Assembly (NCBI GenBank): GCA_001244265.2
Contig: CDLV01000006.1
Coordinates: 1 to 64,000, forward strand
DNA: 64,000 nt
DNA from: Microbotryum violaceum
Taxonomy: Eukaryota
Reading direction: 5' to 3'
Made by a program: the position numbers and the translations under genes. Shown piece after piece: positions 34,851 to 47,800 of the stretch. The first letter of the stretch is position 1. Every line of letters begins with the position of its first letter. A model generated the notes under the pieces. The model saw nothing but the letters and a program-made list of their open reading frames with translations, did not search any database and was not told the DNA's origin.

Positions 34851-35400
34851 ATGCCACTCCATGCTGTTTGAATGAAGGTCGTCTGCACGGCCATCCTGCT
34901 GCGCAATATGGACCCAGGCGCAGGGCTATGTAATGCCACCCAGCTGTTGTTGACACACTTGCAATCCCGTGTACTGGAAGCAATCATCTTGACTGGCAAT
35001 CATGCCGGACAAACCATCCTGCTGCCGTGGATCATGCTCAAGAATGCCTCTTCAGCAGATCTTCCGCTCACCCTCTACCAAACACAGTCCCCAATCCGGC
35101 TGGCCATGGCAATAACAATCAACAAATCACAAAGACAGTCTTTGGGTCATGTTGGGGTGTGTCTGGAAACCCCTGTCTTCTCACATGGACAGTTATACAT
35201 TGCACTCTCCCGAGCATCAAACGTAGATGGTGTTAAGGTTTTTCTGCCACCTACTACTGGCACTCAACAGGATCATGCTTCCCACAACATCACTGACAAC
35301 ATTGTGTTCAGAAGGATATTTGACTTGATGGCCTGAAATAACGTAACAGAACTGCTGATCTTCAATGTGAGGTGGCACATACGCGCGCCGCCGAACCTAG
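34851..35400 (+). mobile_element. Helitron 3' fragment (Pif1-type helicase C-terminus, terminal hairpin, CTAG end)
   Basis: ILLRNMDP..GLCN, AITINKSQ, VFSHGQLYIALSR. Decayed GC hairpin at 35371-35392, then CTAG|T at 35397-35401. Confidence 0.88.
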
Positions 35401-35726
35401 TATCAAGTATTACAGGAGTCGAGAATCAGAGGGCATTTTAGTCCTTTAGATAAGGGCATTTCTGTCCTTTTCTCTTTTTATAGAGGTAGTAAGGTAGCAT
35501 ATTTACATCAAGCATATGCGAAGATATAGCATCCGGGAAAAGCCCTTTGGATTAGAAAAATTACGGGACAATCACCGGACTAAATCAAGATTTGGAAACT
35601 GTCATGAATTGAGAGCATAGACCTCATAGTGAGCCAAGTTTCACCTATATGAAAGGCTAGCAGGTTGCGGTGATACCACGATGTACGTATTCACGAAAAG
35701 AAGGTAGATAACAAAATTCTAAAAAG

Positions 35727-35807
35727 TGACCGAATCGGGAGTCGAACCCGAGTCCTTCGTAGTCAAGAATGGGAAACGAAGATTCTAAACCTCTAAACTA
35801 TTCGGTC
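35727..35807 (-). tRNA. tRNA-Gly(CCC) with ~8-nt intron
   Basis: Acceptor stem GACCGAA/TTCGGTC, T-arm TCGGG-TTCGACT-CCCGA, anticodon stem TTCGT/ACGAA with TT-CCC-A, 4-nt variable loop, and a TTTTT Pol III terminator right after. Confidence 0.9.
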
Positions 35808-35871
35808 AACTGCAGCATTGTCGAATTCCTCCCTTTAGATAAATAAAAGCGTAGATTTTGCGCACTTTTCA

Positions 35872-38800
35872 TCCCAGGTCTTCGCCGGTCCGAGCGTATC
35901 CAGCGTCTCACCAGCGTTGCGCGCACATCGGACTGGAACGAATCGACTGCTGCGGAAAAAAAAAATCCCAGGGTCTTCGCCGGTCCGAGCGTATCCAGCG
36001 TCTCACCAGCGTTGCGCGCACATCGGACTGGAACGAATCAACTGCTGCGGACCCTCTCCCGTCACCCACATTTGGACCTATGTTGTCCATCAAGGGAGCT
36101 GCTGCTGCAACGAAGGCGCGATCGTAATGATTGAGTTCATCATCATGACCTGGAACGTCAACAGGGGCTTCAATACCCCTGAACGACGTCGTCTGCTTCT
36201 TTCGTATCTCACTTCGCTCACACCTCCCCCTTCTGCTATCCTTCTCCAGGAACATAATGTTCCTAAAGCACGACAATCTCACATACGCCACGAGTATGCC
36301 CAGTCCCACCAGGGCGAGGCCTACTTTTCTCAACACTGCCTCACTTTGATTCCAAGCTCTTCTCCTCTTCTCGGTGGTCATCGTCGCACGCGTCAGTCTC
36401 TTGGCGGGCGCTTACTCGTGACCACCTTCGATGTGCGGGGTTCGATGGACGTCGTCGAACTCAACAATATCTACGCTCCGGTTCAACCCGCCGAGCGCCT
36501 CCTCTTCTTCACCTCCCTTCACTTTCGGGCGACCGTCTCCTCTCATATTCGGTTCATCGCGGGAGATCTCAACGACTGCCCTATTCCCGCGGTGGATCGA
36601 GCGCAACAGGTGGACCGCCCGAACACCCACCACTGGCCTGTGCTTATGTCTCGGCTCGACGGGGCGTACACGGATGCCATTTGGCTCATGCACCCACTGT
36701 CGCCGGCGACCACGCGCCCACATCTCAGCAAGGACGGCCAGCTCATTTCGCGCGCGCGCATCGACTTTGTTCTGGTGCAGCGGCGACACGAGCGACGGGT
36801 CGTTTCTGCTTCTACTCTGTACAATATCTCTCGATCCATGTCGGATCATCGACCGGTTACGGTCACATTTAGGCTGCGCGCAAGTGGTGCCGAGGTCGAA
36901 GAGGAGCTCTGCCTTCCCCAGGCGGCTCATTTTCTGACCCGCATCAACTCGTCGACCTTCAAACACGCCGAGTTTAAGGAGTTTGTCACTCCTCTCCTTG
37001 AGCAGGCGCCGTCTGGGGATCCGGTCGCGGACCTTCAGCGCGTACTCTCGGAGTCTCGGGTCCAAGCTCTCGAGCTGTCTCGGCGTCTGTTTCGGGAGCG
37101 CAACGCCCTTGAGATGATGCTGGTATCTCGACTGCAGGACATTGAGTCTCGTCGGGTGCTGAGCCCCTTCGATATTATCGACTGGACGAACACCCACGAC
37201 GCTCTCTCCAAGCTTGTGAACGAGCGAGCAAGGCAGTCCCGGATCAGGGCGCACGTTCCCGAGATTGCATCCGAGGAACATCTCAGTCGTCCGGTACATG
37301 CCAAACTGGCTGCTCGGTCCCGCGATGTGAAGTTTCAGAGTATCCGGCTCGCTGATGGCGAGCTCACCACTGACATTGAGCGCGCGCTCGAACACACCCA
37401 TTCTCATTTCCAGCAGCACTACCTTGTCGAAGCGAAGGATCCGGAACAGGTCGTGACAATGCGGGATGAGCTCTTGGGACCCATCAGATCAGCAAGACCT
37501 TGTGACGACCCGCTTTCCGACGCTCGCTTCCTTCGGCGGTTCTCGAATTCGCACGTCGACGTTCTGGCCGAGCCCATCAGCGAGGCCAAGGTGCTCGCAG
37601 CGATTCGAACCACGCACGAAGGTCGATCTCCGGGTCCTTCAGGGGTCCCCTATGAGATGTATCGAGCCTGCCCCCTGCTTTGGGCCCCTCTCTTGACTCG
37701 AGCCTACAACGAGCTGATTACTCGAGGCTCCCTTACTCCACAACAGAGCCAGGCCAATGTGCGCCTCTTGTTCAAACACAACAAACCTGGTGCAGCGCGG
37801 TGCGACCTCAAATCGTATCGTCCGATCACCTTGCGGGAATGCGACTACAAGATCTTCACCAAGGTCTACGTGGCTCGTCTGAACCGGATCCTCCCCGATG
37901 TTCTTCCGGCCGGACGGCATGGGTTCGTCAAGGGGCGAAGACCAGCGGACGCGGCTTTGCATCTGCGGCTCCTGATCGATGAGATTAGGGGTCGTGGGGC
38001 AGAGTTCCCGACAGCAGCGCTCCTCTCCCTGGATCAGAGCTCGGCTTACGACATGGTCGAGCACGACTGGGTCTTTGCGGTGTTTGAGGCTCTCGGCGCG
38101 CCGGAACCTTTCCAGCGCGTCTTGCGGATGCTCTACAACGGCGAGACGTCCACAGCGCGGTACATTGCCAACGGTTTCCTCACCGAGACGGTGCGACTCC
38201 TGTGCGGTCTTGGCCAGGGCAATCCTCTCTCTTCTTCTGTCTGGGATGTGGTATTCCAACCCTTCCTTGATTCTCTCAGTCGACGCAACATTGCGCTGAC
38301 TATCACTCTTCCGGAGCTGGCTCATCATCCGCAGACTCGATGCATCACCAATTTGGCGTTCGCGGATGACGCCGTCGTCGCTGTTGCTGGGCCGGAAGCT
38401 ATTGCTTCGCTCGAGGCGTTAGCTCGGGATTGGCGACTCGCGACGAACGGACGTCTAAACACCGACAAAACTGTGGTGATGCCATTGGGCGCGACGTTGT
38501 GGGATCGCGCGGACTTGTCCAAACTGTCGTTCGTGGCACCGGACGAGTCTCTTCCCTGGATCGGTCTCCAGTTTGCGCCTGACGGCAACAACAGGCTGGG
38601 ATTCCATGATCTTGAGCGAAGGGTTGATTGAGTGATTCTATCGGTGCGCGACCGATGGATGACGCACCATACCCGGGCTTTCTATCTCAACCGCTACGGC
38701 ATCTCCAAGGTGCTGCACTCTCTCTCCGCCGACATCCCGCCATCCGACGTGATCAAGTCGATCGAGCGCAAGCTTGCTGACTTTGTGAAGGGAGGCCCGC

Positions 38801-41557
38801 GGCGCAGCGACTACAAGCAATCGGTCGTCTTCACGGCACGGGCGCGAGGCGGTCTCAGCGTCGTGAGCATCCAGGATGTGGTGGATTCAGTCTCGGTACG
38901 GATCTGGGATGTGCTGGCCGGCGGGTCAACTGCGATTTGGGGCGATCTGGCTCGGAGTTCCATCCGGCGAGCGCTTCCGACCTTTGACTTTGCTGCGGAT
39001 CTGTGGACGTGGAGGAACGCCGACGCACCCCGGGAGCTACATCCCCGCTGGCGAGCGGTGCTCTCGGTCGCTGAACGCTACCCTGCCGTCGTCGATCCTG
39101 CCAAACTTTCGGTCTCCAATCTTCTTTCTCTTTCCCCCCTCCAACCGGGTCTGCATGACTCGCGGGCGTTCTCGGAGCCGGATAAGCGTTTGGCGAAGCA
39201 TTTCAGTTTCGAACGCACCATCGCTGACATCTATGCTCGAGCTCAATACCCCGCAGCTCCAACGGTGCCCTGGACCCCTGAGAAGCATCCCCAAGGCGAC
39301 GGCTCGGAGCTGTCCAACCTTTGGCAATGGAAGCGCGATCAAGTCCAGGCGTGGATCCAGGTCGCAGGCGATCGCTTCATCCCGCCGCTTCCGCCTCCTG
39401 TTCCCGTCCTCGCACGTCGACCACCCGTCATTCGTGTCGTTGGAGCACCTGGAGCCCGGCCCGGCGGTCCCCTCGAGCACATCTTGCCCAGAGCGACTCC
39501 GGTCGGCATGCCTGATCAAAGACTTCCCCTCCCCTCCGCCCCCTTGCTTGCTAATCAGTGGAGAATGTTGAGCTTGGACAGACCCTACACCATTGCGCGA
39601 CTTCGACGCGTCATCAACCATCGACGTTTCGACGACACACAACGCCCTGGATCACTCGCCACACCCAAAGAAAGGCGACTCTTTTGGGGTGGTTCCACAC
39701 CAGGCCCGCCACGGCCCGCGAGCGCGAGGTGCACTTCAAGCTGGCGTACCACTTCACGCCAACGCGGAAGCGCCAGTTTGTGCAGCGGCATGGCGACTCG
39801 GCCTGCTGCCTTGTGCAGGCATGCAGCCTGGCAGGGGTGGAGGATGACTTTACTCACTTTTGGCATGATTGCCCTGACTCTTCTCAATTTTGGCAAGCAG
39901 CTAGGTCCATTATCTGCGACGCGCTGGGGGTCGTGTCGATCCTCGACCTCGACTACACGGCACTTCAGATCGAGCACGGCCTCCCTCGACTGCGCGCTCG
40001 CCTTCCGACGTCGAAAAAGCGTCCAATCCGCGCCTTCATTGCGCTGGCGCTCGACACTCTCAGCAACCGACGCTGGGATCTCCATCGCCACGCCAGAGCG
40101 ATGTCGAGCATGGACAAGGAGATGGCGGGACTGAAGGAGAGGTTGGAGCTCAGATTGGCGCGATGAAGTAGATGGCCCTCCCTCCCTATCCAAGCAAAAA
40201 CCAAACCCCCAAAAAATCACAAGTCCCTTTTCCCTCCTTCTCAATCTCCAAAATGTCTCCCAAACACGCCAGAATACTGAACCTGTTTTCTCTCGCTCTT
40301 TTTGCCATTCCTCCTCATAGGCTTCCGTACTCCCCAGGAGCCTCGGGTTCTTTGCGCCGGCGGGCATTGTCGCCCTTGGTTCGAGCTTCTGCCACATCAC
40401 GATGACACACAGCGAAAACGGATCCCCTTGGCCCTCTCCTGGACTATGCCGTGAGTTTTCCACTCCTCTCAAGGGCCGGGTCTGTCTTCTCTTTCGGTCG
40501 AGCGACTCCGTGATCTCCTGTTCAAGGCCGGCACAAACTGCCTGCGTGGCTCGCCTCTCCTTGCTTTGCTGCTCGCTCGGAGTCGCGGCCGCGCGGCGGG
40601 TGACTCGGGTACCAAACCGCCATACACATCCACACTCGAGCGAGGTCCCACCCAATGACATCACCGTCGTGGGCCTCATGCTCCTTCTTTCCCCAGTATC
40701 TGCGGTGATTGGGAACCACCTGCACGTACAAGGGGACTCGAGTGTGCGTTCCGAGATTGGGAGTACGCCGCAGGGAAGCGAGGCCCCTGCGGAAGGTATA
40801 CCCCGCCCTTGTCTCCAGCCGCGCGCCGGTGTTGACGGCCACCCGCCCGCGCTGCACCCGACCAAGGCGTGTCCAATGGACTGTCACATGCTCCGTGACT
40901 TTCCCCGGAAATCTCTGGATTGTGTGTTTTTGTGCGAAGTAGGCCTGTTTCGCAGTTGCAGTCATTGGAATGGGGGTGATCTAGGGTCGTGCGGTCGCGA
41001 GGGGGGCCGACTTTGGTAACCGAAAAGGGGTTTGGAATCCGCGGTGGAGATCCAGCGCAGATGGGTACAAGGGGTATGTGATTGCTGCGGTCGCAGGGGG
41101 TTACATTCCCCCTTTTGGACCACGTGAATCATTCGGATTGAGCGGGATGTTTGTGCCATCGGAGGCCTTGTTCAACGCGTCTCAAAGAATTAAGGGCCTC
41201 AAGGAGTATGGCAGTCTCAGGGGGGTCTGAAGTCAAAAGATCGAAGAAGGTTCAACTGTACAACTATGATCGGATTCACCTGTACAACACATGTACCACC
41301 ACCAACATTTCTTCCATCGTTTCCAGATTCCCCGTGTATTATCTTCAATCTTCCTTTCATTTGTCTCTGGGAGGGAGCAACCGTGGGTGGGGGGGACTTG
41401 AACTCGGATGTATCGGGTTGGTCTGTTCTGCTAGTTACAACGCATCAAGCGGCGGTTGTGGTCATCATCGTGCATACTGGGTAGCATCTCCTTTAGTTCC
41501 GTAGGGGGTTTTCTCGTCTTGCAAATTAGCGATGAGTTTCATACAAAAAAAAAAAAA
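35872..41557 (+). mobile_element. L1-type non-LTR retrotransposon (LINE-a), 5'-truncated in ORF1, long 3' UTR, poly(A) at 41545-41557
   Basis: APE endonuclease (TWNV, LLQEH, GDLND, RIDF, SDH), RT (YRPITL, QG, FADD), C-terminal Cys/His motif. The 3' boundary is inferred from the first poly(A). Confidence 0.88.
36127..40166 (+). pseudogene. LINE-a ORF2 (APE-RT-Zn finger), one in-frame stop (38629-38631) and one frameshift (~39690)
   Basis: ORFs 35917-38631, 38632-40134 and 39558-40166. The ATG overlaps the upstream stop as TAATG. Confidence 0.88.
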
Positions 41558-41563
41558 CGACTG

Positions 41564-41778
41564 AATCTTCAATCTTCCTTTCATTCGTCTCTGGGAGGGA
41601 GCAACCGTGGGTGGGGGGACTTGAACTTGGATGTATCGGGTTGGTCTGTTCTGCTAGTTACAACGCATCAAGCGGCGGTTGTGGTCATCATTGTGCATAC
41701 TGGGTAGCATCTCCTTTAGTTCCGTAGGGGGTTTTCTCGTCTTGCAAATTAGCGATGAGTTTCATACAAAAAAAAAAA
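41564..41778 (+). mobile_element. Short 5'-truncated copy of the LINE-a 3' end with poly(A)
   Basis: Repeat of 41341-41557, flanked on both sides by CGACTG (TSD-like). Confidence 0.8.
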
Positions 41779-41781
41779 CGA

Positions 41782-41887
41782 CTGCTTGCCGTCGTTGCTT
41801 TATAACCTCCTTTAGCTCTTTTTGTAGCGGTCCCAGCCAACCCGAAGGATTGCAATTTATGAGCCCCAGTCAAAAAAAAAAAAAAAA
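41782..41887 (+). mobile_element. ~90-bp copy of the LINE-b 3' end plus poly(A)
   Basis: Similar to 48717-48823. Confidence 0.8.
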
Positions 41888-44800
41888 GGCGTAACGTCCG
41901 TGCAAGTAGTACGCAAAGAATTGTCAACACGAACAAGCGATGCCGGATCCACCCGGCGCCCAAGCGCCACCGCCCAACAACCCGTTGGGCGGTAACCGCG
42001 CGAGTGACGACGAATCACTCAACACACTAACGCGTGAACCGGTCACTGGAGGAACCGCGAATCCTCCAGCGTGGTCCACTGAGGCAACTCAGGCTTGACT
42101 GGACTGCGAAAAGGTGATGCAAAACACCTTCAGAGTACTTGGGATCGTTCCCTCCGGCAAGTCGACCCGCCGACTGATGGTCCTGATGCACGACGCCTTG
42201 ACCCCGCCTTCGCAGGAGCCACTGCTCGCACGAGCCGCCCAAAGAGCGGTGCGAAACGACGCAGCCCCGGCCTCCAATGTGATCCGAGTCATTATGGATG
42301 GTCCTGGATCACCCAGAGGTCCTGTACAGATCGCGCTGCGCAAGCACTTTGGATTGGCAAAGACGCCGTTCATGTTTGCGTGGCCCGAGGGCATCGTGCT
42401 TGACCCCGAGGTTGAGAAGCTTTTCTCAAAATGCGTGAAGCTGAACCCGATTGTGACAAAAGCCACGGAGAGGTTCCCGATCGCTTGTCACATGTACGAG
42501 CTTGTATTCGAATCCGACCAAGCCTGTCTCGAAGCCGCTGCAGCGGGCCCATTCTCTCACCACGGCAAGGAGATGGTTACCGAGCTCCCCAGTGCCTCTC
42601 CCCTTAACCACGTCGTTCAGGTGCGATTCATGTTGCCCTCCTCCTCCAGCGCCACCCCCGCTTCCGTGCTTGGAAAATCTCTCGATGATGCTCTCACCCT
42701 TTCGTTCGGCCGCGCAGGTCGTACGCAAGGTTATACCCTGATGCAATTACAGCGGGGCCTCGTGGTCGATCCGAATGGAGATCCGATGGCCATGACCGAA
42801 GACGGGTTCCACTGCGCGTACCTTCGCTTACATGCTGATCTTTTCTAAGGCTCTACCGAGACGCAGAAGGCTGCGCTCAACGCCACCTTGCCACAAGAGA
42901 TCGAGATCCTGGGCGCCAAGTACGGCTTGCGACACGAATTCAAGACGCACTACTGCGCCGTGTGCAATCGCGCCGGACACCAGTGGGGCGCTTGCAGGAA
43001 GCCGGTTTCGACTCCGGCCACTGCCGCCCCTGTTCCGGGGGCCTCGACTTTGACTTCGACCACCGGCTTCCGAGTTGCTGGGAAGAATGGGAAGCACGGT
43101 GGGCCTGCCGCATTGAACTCTCGTGCCTCTGGCACGAACATGATCCAGCTGGGACCTCGTGCTAACCCCGCAGGTGCAGCAACCGGCAACAAGGACGATG
43201 CGAACGACGACGACGGCGGCGGCAAATCGGTCGCTTTGACCGAACCAGAGGGCGGCGACACTGGGAAAGAGACGTTGACCCGTGCGACCACGGGCCCAAC
43301 AAAGGAGACGCAGACGACGACAGCGGCGCCCGTTTCGACCCCGACCTCTCCTTCGCCTTCTGCTTCTGCTCCGGCATCGCCTTCGTCCGGTGGCACGTCG
43401 GAATCATCGGCAACCTCGACGACCTCGATAGCCTCGACGAGTCCTCGACGCCTTCGTTCGAGCTTGGCACCCGGCAACCAACGTGTCACCCGGGCGGGAT
43501 CCGCCATGATCCTCGGTGCATCAGGGGGTGACGGCTCAGGGGGCAACAGTTCAGGGGGTCACAGGTCCGAGATGACCAAATTTGAGGGGGGCGGCGCTGA
43601 TCCAATTTATTCATGATTGAGTCCCTCACCGTGTTAACGTTCAACGTCCGATCGATCAAGAACGCAGTCAACCAAGTCAAAATCATCTGCTATCTCAAAA
43701 CCCTTCGGCCGGCCCCTGCGGCCATTCTCCTGCAAGAGCACCACCTCAGCTACAACGCGTCGCGCGAAGGCTTCGAGAGTGCTTGGCCAGGGGCTTGTAT
43801 TCGTTTCACTCCTCATGTCCTTACCCTCATACCCGATGGCTCACCTTTGGCGGGCCATCTCCTTTCCTCTACCCCGGTCGTCTTTGCAGGAGCTCCTCGT
43901 CTCGACGGTCGGATTCTGCGCTCGGTGTTTCGTCTTGAGGAGCTCGATGTTGAGATCATCAACATGTACGCGCCGGTACAGGAGGACGATCGTCGCGACT
44001 TTTTCGGGCTCCTGCATTTCAACGCCCCGAGACCCAAGACTCTTCGGATCTTGGCCGGCGATCTCAATGATTGTCCGGATGTATCGGTTGACCGAGTGTC
44101 CATCACCGATCACGCTTGGACTCCTGTATCGCACTGGCAGACCTTGCTGTCAAAGATCGCGTTCAAGGCACTCGACACGGTCCGACATGTCCATTCTTGC
44201 ACCCCCGCATTCACTCGTCCTCACTACCGTGGTAGAGGGGAGGAGCGAAAGATTTGCTCGTGGTCGCGAATCGACTATATTCTTGTCCAATGCAGTTGGG
44301 CAAACCGGTTGTTGAGCGCTTCTACGCTCTTCGACGCGCCCTGTTCGGACCACAGACCTGTAGTTGCGACTTTCGCATTGCCTACGTCGAACGCTGATGC
44401 CGAACCCCCCTTTCTCTTCCCTCTACGAGCGATTTCATTTCGAGGCTCAACCCAACGGTCTTTGACGATCAAGACTTTGTCGCATCGATTCCCGGGGTCG
44501 TCGACAAGGTCTATCGAAGGCTCGAGGGGACCGCTCCGCTCGGCGACGTCTATGACGCCGCTCTGCAGGCGGTTGCAGTCGCTGGCCATGCACGATACCG
44601 CTCGACTCGTGCCGACATGCGCCGACTGCGGGCCGAGAGCCAATCCGTCATGGAGGCTTTGGAGGCACGCGGTGAGCACATGAATGAGGCCGAGCGCGAT
44701 GCGTATGCTTTTGCCAAGTCGCGGTTGGACCAGTTGGCGGTAAAGGATGCTCAGTGGCTGCGCATTCATGCGCATGTGCCGTCAGTCGACTCGAGGGAAG

Positions 44801-47800
44801 GTCAATCGGCAAGCATTCGCACGCGTCTCAACCGCCGGAGTCGCCAGACGAGCATCGTCTCGCTGGAGAATGTGGATGGCACCGAGACCGTTGACATGCA
44901 GGAGGCGCTGGGCATTGCTTCACGGCACGCACAGTCGCTCTTCACGCCGGACCCAGCTCGTGGCGACCCGACGAACCCACGTCGGTCCCTGCTCGACCCT
45001 ATTCGCGCGGCGAAATGCTACGATGACGACCGCTCGGACCCTACGTTCGGTCGTCGGCTGCCTCGTCAAGCGAGAGTGGCGCTTGACGAGCCCTTCACCC
45101 TCCTCGAGGTTGAAGCGGCGTTGAAGAAGATGGATTCGGGGCGATCACCGGGGCCCTCGGGCATTCCGTACGAGCTCTTCAAGGCGCTGCCAACCTACTT
45201 TGCTCCCAAGCTGTTGGATTTGTTCAACTCGATTTGGGAGGGGGAAAAATGACGACGTCCTTGGCAGAGGGGCTGGTGCGGCTTTTGCCCAAGAACAAAC
45301 CGGGGGCCAATCTGAAATCACTGGGGGCATATCGACCAATCACACTGCGCGAGACGACCTACAAGGTCCTCAGCAAGGTCTTGGTGGCGCGAATCAATGG
45401 GGTGCTTGGCGAGCTTTTGCCGCAGGCATAACATGGGTTCATGCCATCAAGACGTTCAGCGGACGCGGGAAGTCATCTCACTTTCCTTCTAGAAAAACTC
45501 CGATCACTCGTACTGATGTTTTCCCAGAGGGCGCCCTCTTGTCCTTGGATCAGCTGAGCGCGTACAATCGGGTCGATCAAGCATGGATCTTCGACGTCTT
45601 CGAGGCCTTTGGCTTTGGTGAGCGTTTCATTTCCCTGCTGCGCGCTCTGTACGATCCCGAGACTCTGGGGTGCGCTACCTCATCAATGGGTTCCCCACGG
45701 AGTTGGTGCGGTTGCTGTGTGGTCTCGGTCAGGGGATCCTCTCTTGTGCCCGGTTTGGAACATCATGTTCCAGCCCTTCCTCGACGCCCTCGTTCGGTGC
45801 GGGATCGCGCTCGACCTGCAGAAGGTGTGGCCAGGGGGCCGCGTGCGCAGCTTACGCATCTGGTGTTTGCCGACGATGCTGTGGTGGTGGTGGAGTCACC
45901 GGCGGCATTGTCGAAGCTGGAAACGCTGTCGCAGACGTGGTACAAGGCAACCAACGGAAAGACCAACACGGACAAGATGCTGGTGCTACCACTCGGACTG
46001 AACTGGCTTCGGGACGAGACTGCGCAGGCGCTGCCATTGGTGCAGGAGGGGGAGAGCTTCAAGTGGTGCGGCTATGCCTTCTTTCGCCATGGTGACTCGA
46101 AACTGTTTTGGACCCATGTTCTTGACAGGATCAAGGCCAAGACCCGCGCCGCGGGAGACCGGACACTTTTGCCGAGTGGGAAGGTCTTCTATGCCAACGC
46201 TCACATCATCTCGACGGTCCTCCACGTGCTGTCCTTCGACATACCGCCTCAATGGTTCATTAAGGCGGCGGAGACAGCACTTACGGATTTTGTCTGGGGA
46301 GGAGCAGGGCGAAATACCGTCGCTCGCGATTTCGTGTTCCAGGCTCAGGAGGACGGTGGCTTGGGCTTGATTTCGATCGGCGACATCGTTCATTTGGTGG
46401 CGCTTCGATTTTGGGATGCTGTGGCGGGCTTGAACGAGGCGATCTGGGCGCCCCTAGCTCGCGAGAGCTGGAGGTCCCTCGTCGCTGCGACCCGCGATTT
46501 CAGTCCGTGGGGGTTCTTCAGCAGCACGGCTCGGGTCGAGAAGCTGTATCGCGACTTGATGCGCTGGGGGCAGTCGTTGCAGCGGCCAGGGTCACAGTTC
46601 CAACCATCAAGTCCGAACTCCTTACGCTCCTCAAATTGCTCTCGCTTCCGCCTCGCCTCCCTTCACTCTATGCTGAAGGTGCCATGCACGCATATGACGA
46701 TGCGGACGCAGTGGCAAAGTTTGCGCAGATTGCGGACCTGTACTGGAGGGACGAAGGAAAGGGCTGGGCTCTGGTTGGTCATTGACGCGGTTTCTGGCAG
46801 CACTCTAAGGAACCAGCCCTGCGGCACGAGCACGTCTGGGAGCGCGTTGGTCAGAAGCTCAAGGCGAAAGCCTTGCTGCCCAAGACAGCGGTGCGACCTG
46901 CTAGGATCCCTCTCAAGGAGGATCCCCATTCTCGGTGCTTCAACTTCTTTGAGCTCACTCGACCGTTCACAATTCGCAAGCTTCGTCGGCTTGTGAACAC
47001 GGTTTGGTTCCTGGGGAAGGACGGTCAGGACCGAGCTCTGCCTGGTGGGCAACCTCAGGAGCCTCGGGTCAAGCGTTTCCCCGAGGGGACTTCTCAGAGC
47101 GGGAGGCAGCGCTTCTGGAGTTGGCTTCATGACCGGTTCGCGTCTGCTGCGGAGCAGGACACCCACTGGCGGCTTATGTACGATGTGACACCGACGCGCA
47201 AGAAGCAACATGTCCAGGGCCATGCTTCTTTGCCGTTGTCTGTTCTGTGGCAACGATGCAGCGGTCATCGAGACGGTGTCGCACTACTTCTTTGGGTGCG
47301 CGTACTCGGCCAGCTACTGGAGCGGGGTGCTGCGCATCCTGTTTGACAAGCTTGGCATCGAGGATACCGACGTCGATCCGTCGACGTTCACCCAGGAGCA
47401 GCTGACTATGGGGCTCCCCCTTTTGCGGGGTTGTGAGAGAACGACTTCGAAGTGGATGTGGGTTCGGTTGGCTTGTGCAATTGGGTTCCAGCGGTTGCAC
47501 TTGCTGCGCTGGCACGTCCACCAGCGGTTCGAGAAGGACCGCGTTGTGGCCCCTCCCTCGATCCCCAGTGCACTTAGAGCGTTCAAGCGAGATTTTCTCT
47601 CTCGGGCGGGTTTTGTTCCTGGGGCTCGAGATTGGGAGGTGTGATGACCGAGTTAAGTCTTTCCTTCCTTCCTTCCCTCTTTTCTCTCTCTCTTTCTTCC
47701 TTTTCCAAGGTCAACTTTCATTTTGGAAGCTGACTGTCTCAAAACTTGTTGCGCAGTGGAAGGCTGCGCACCTCTCTTCCTTTCTTTTGCCCAGTGGCAA

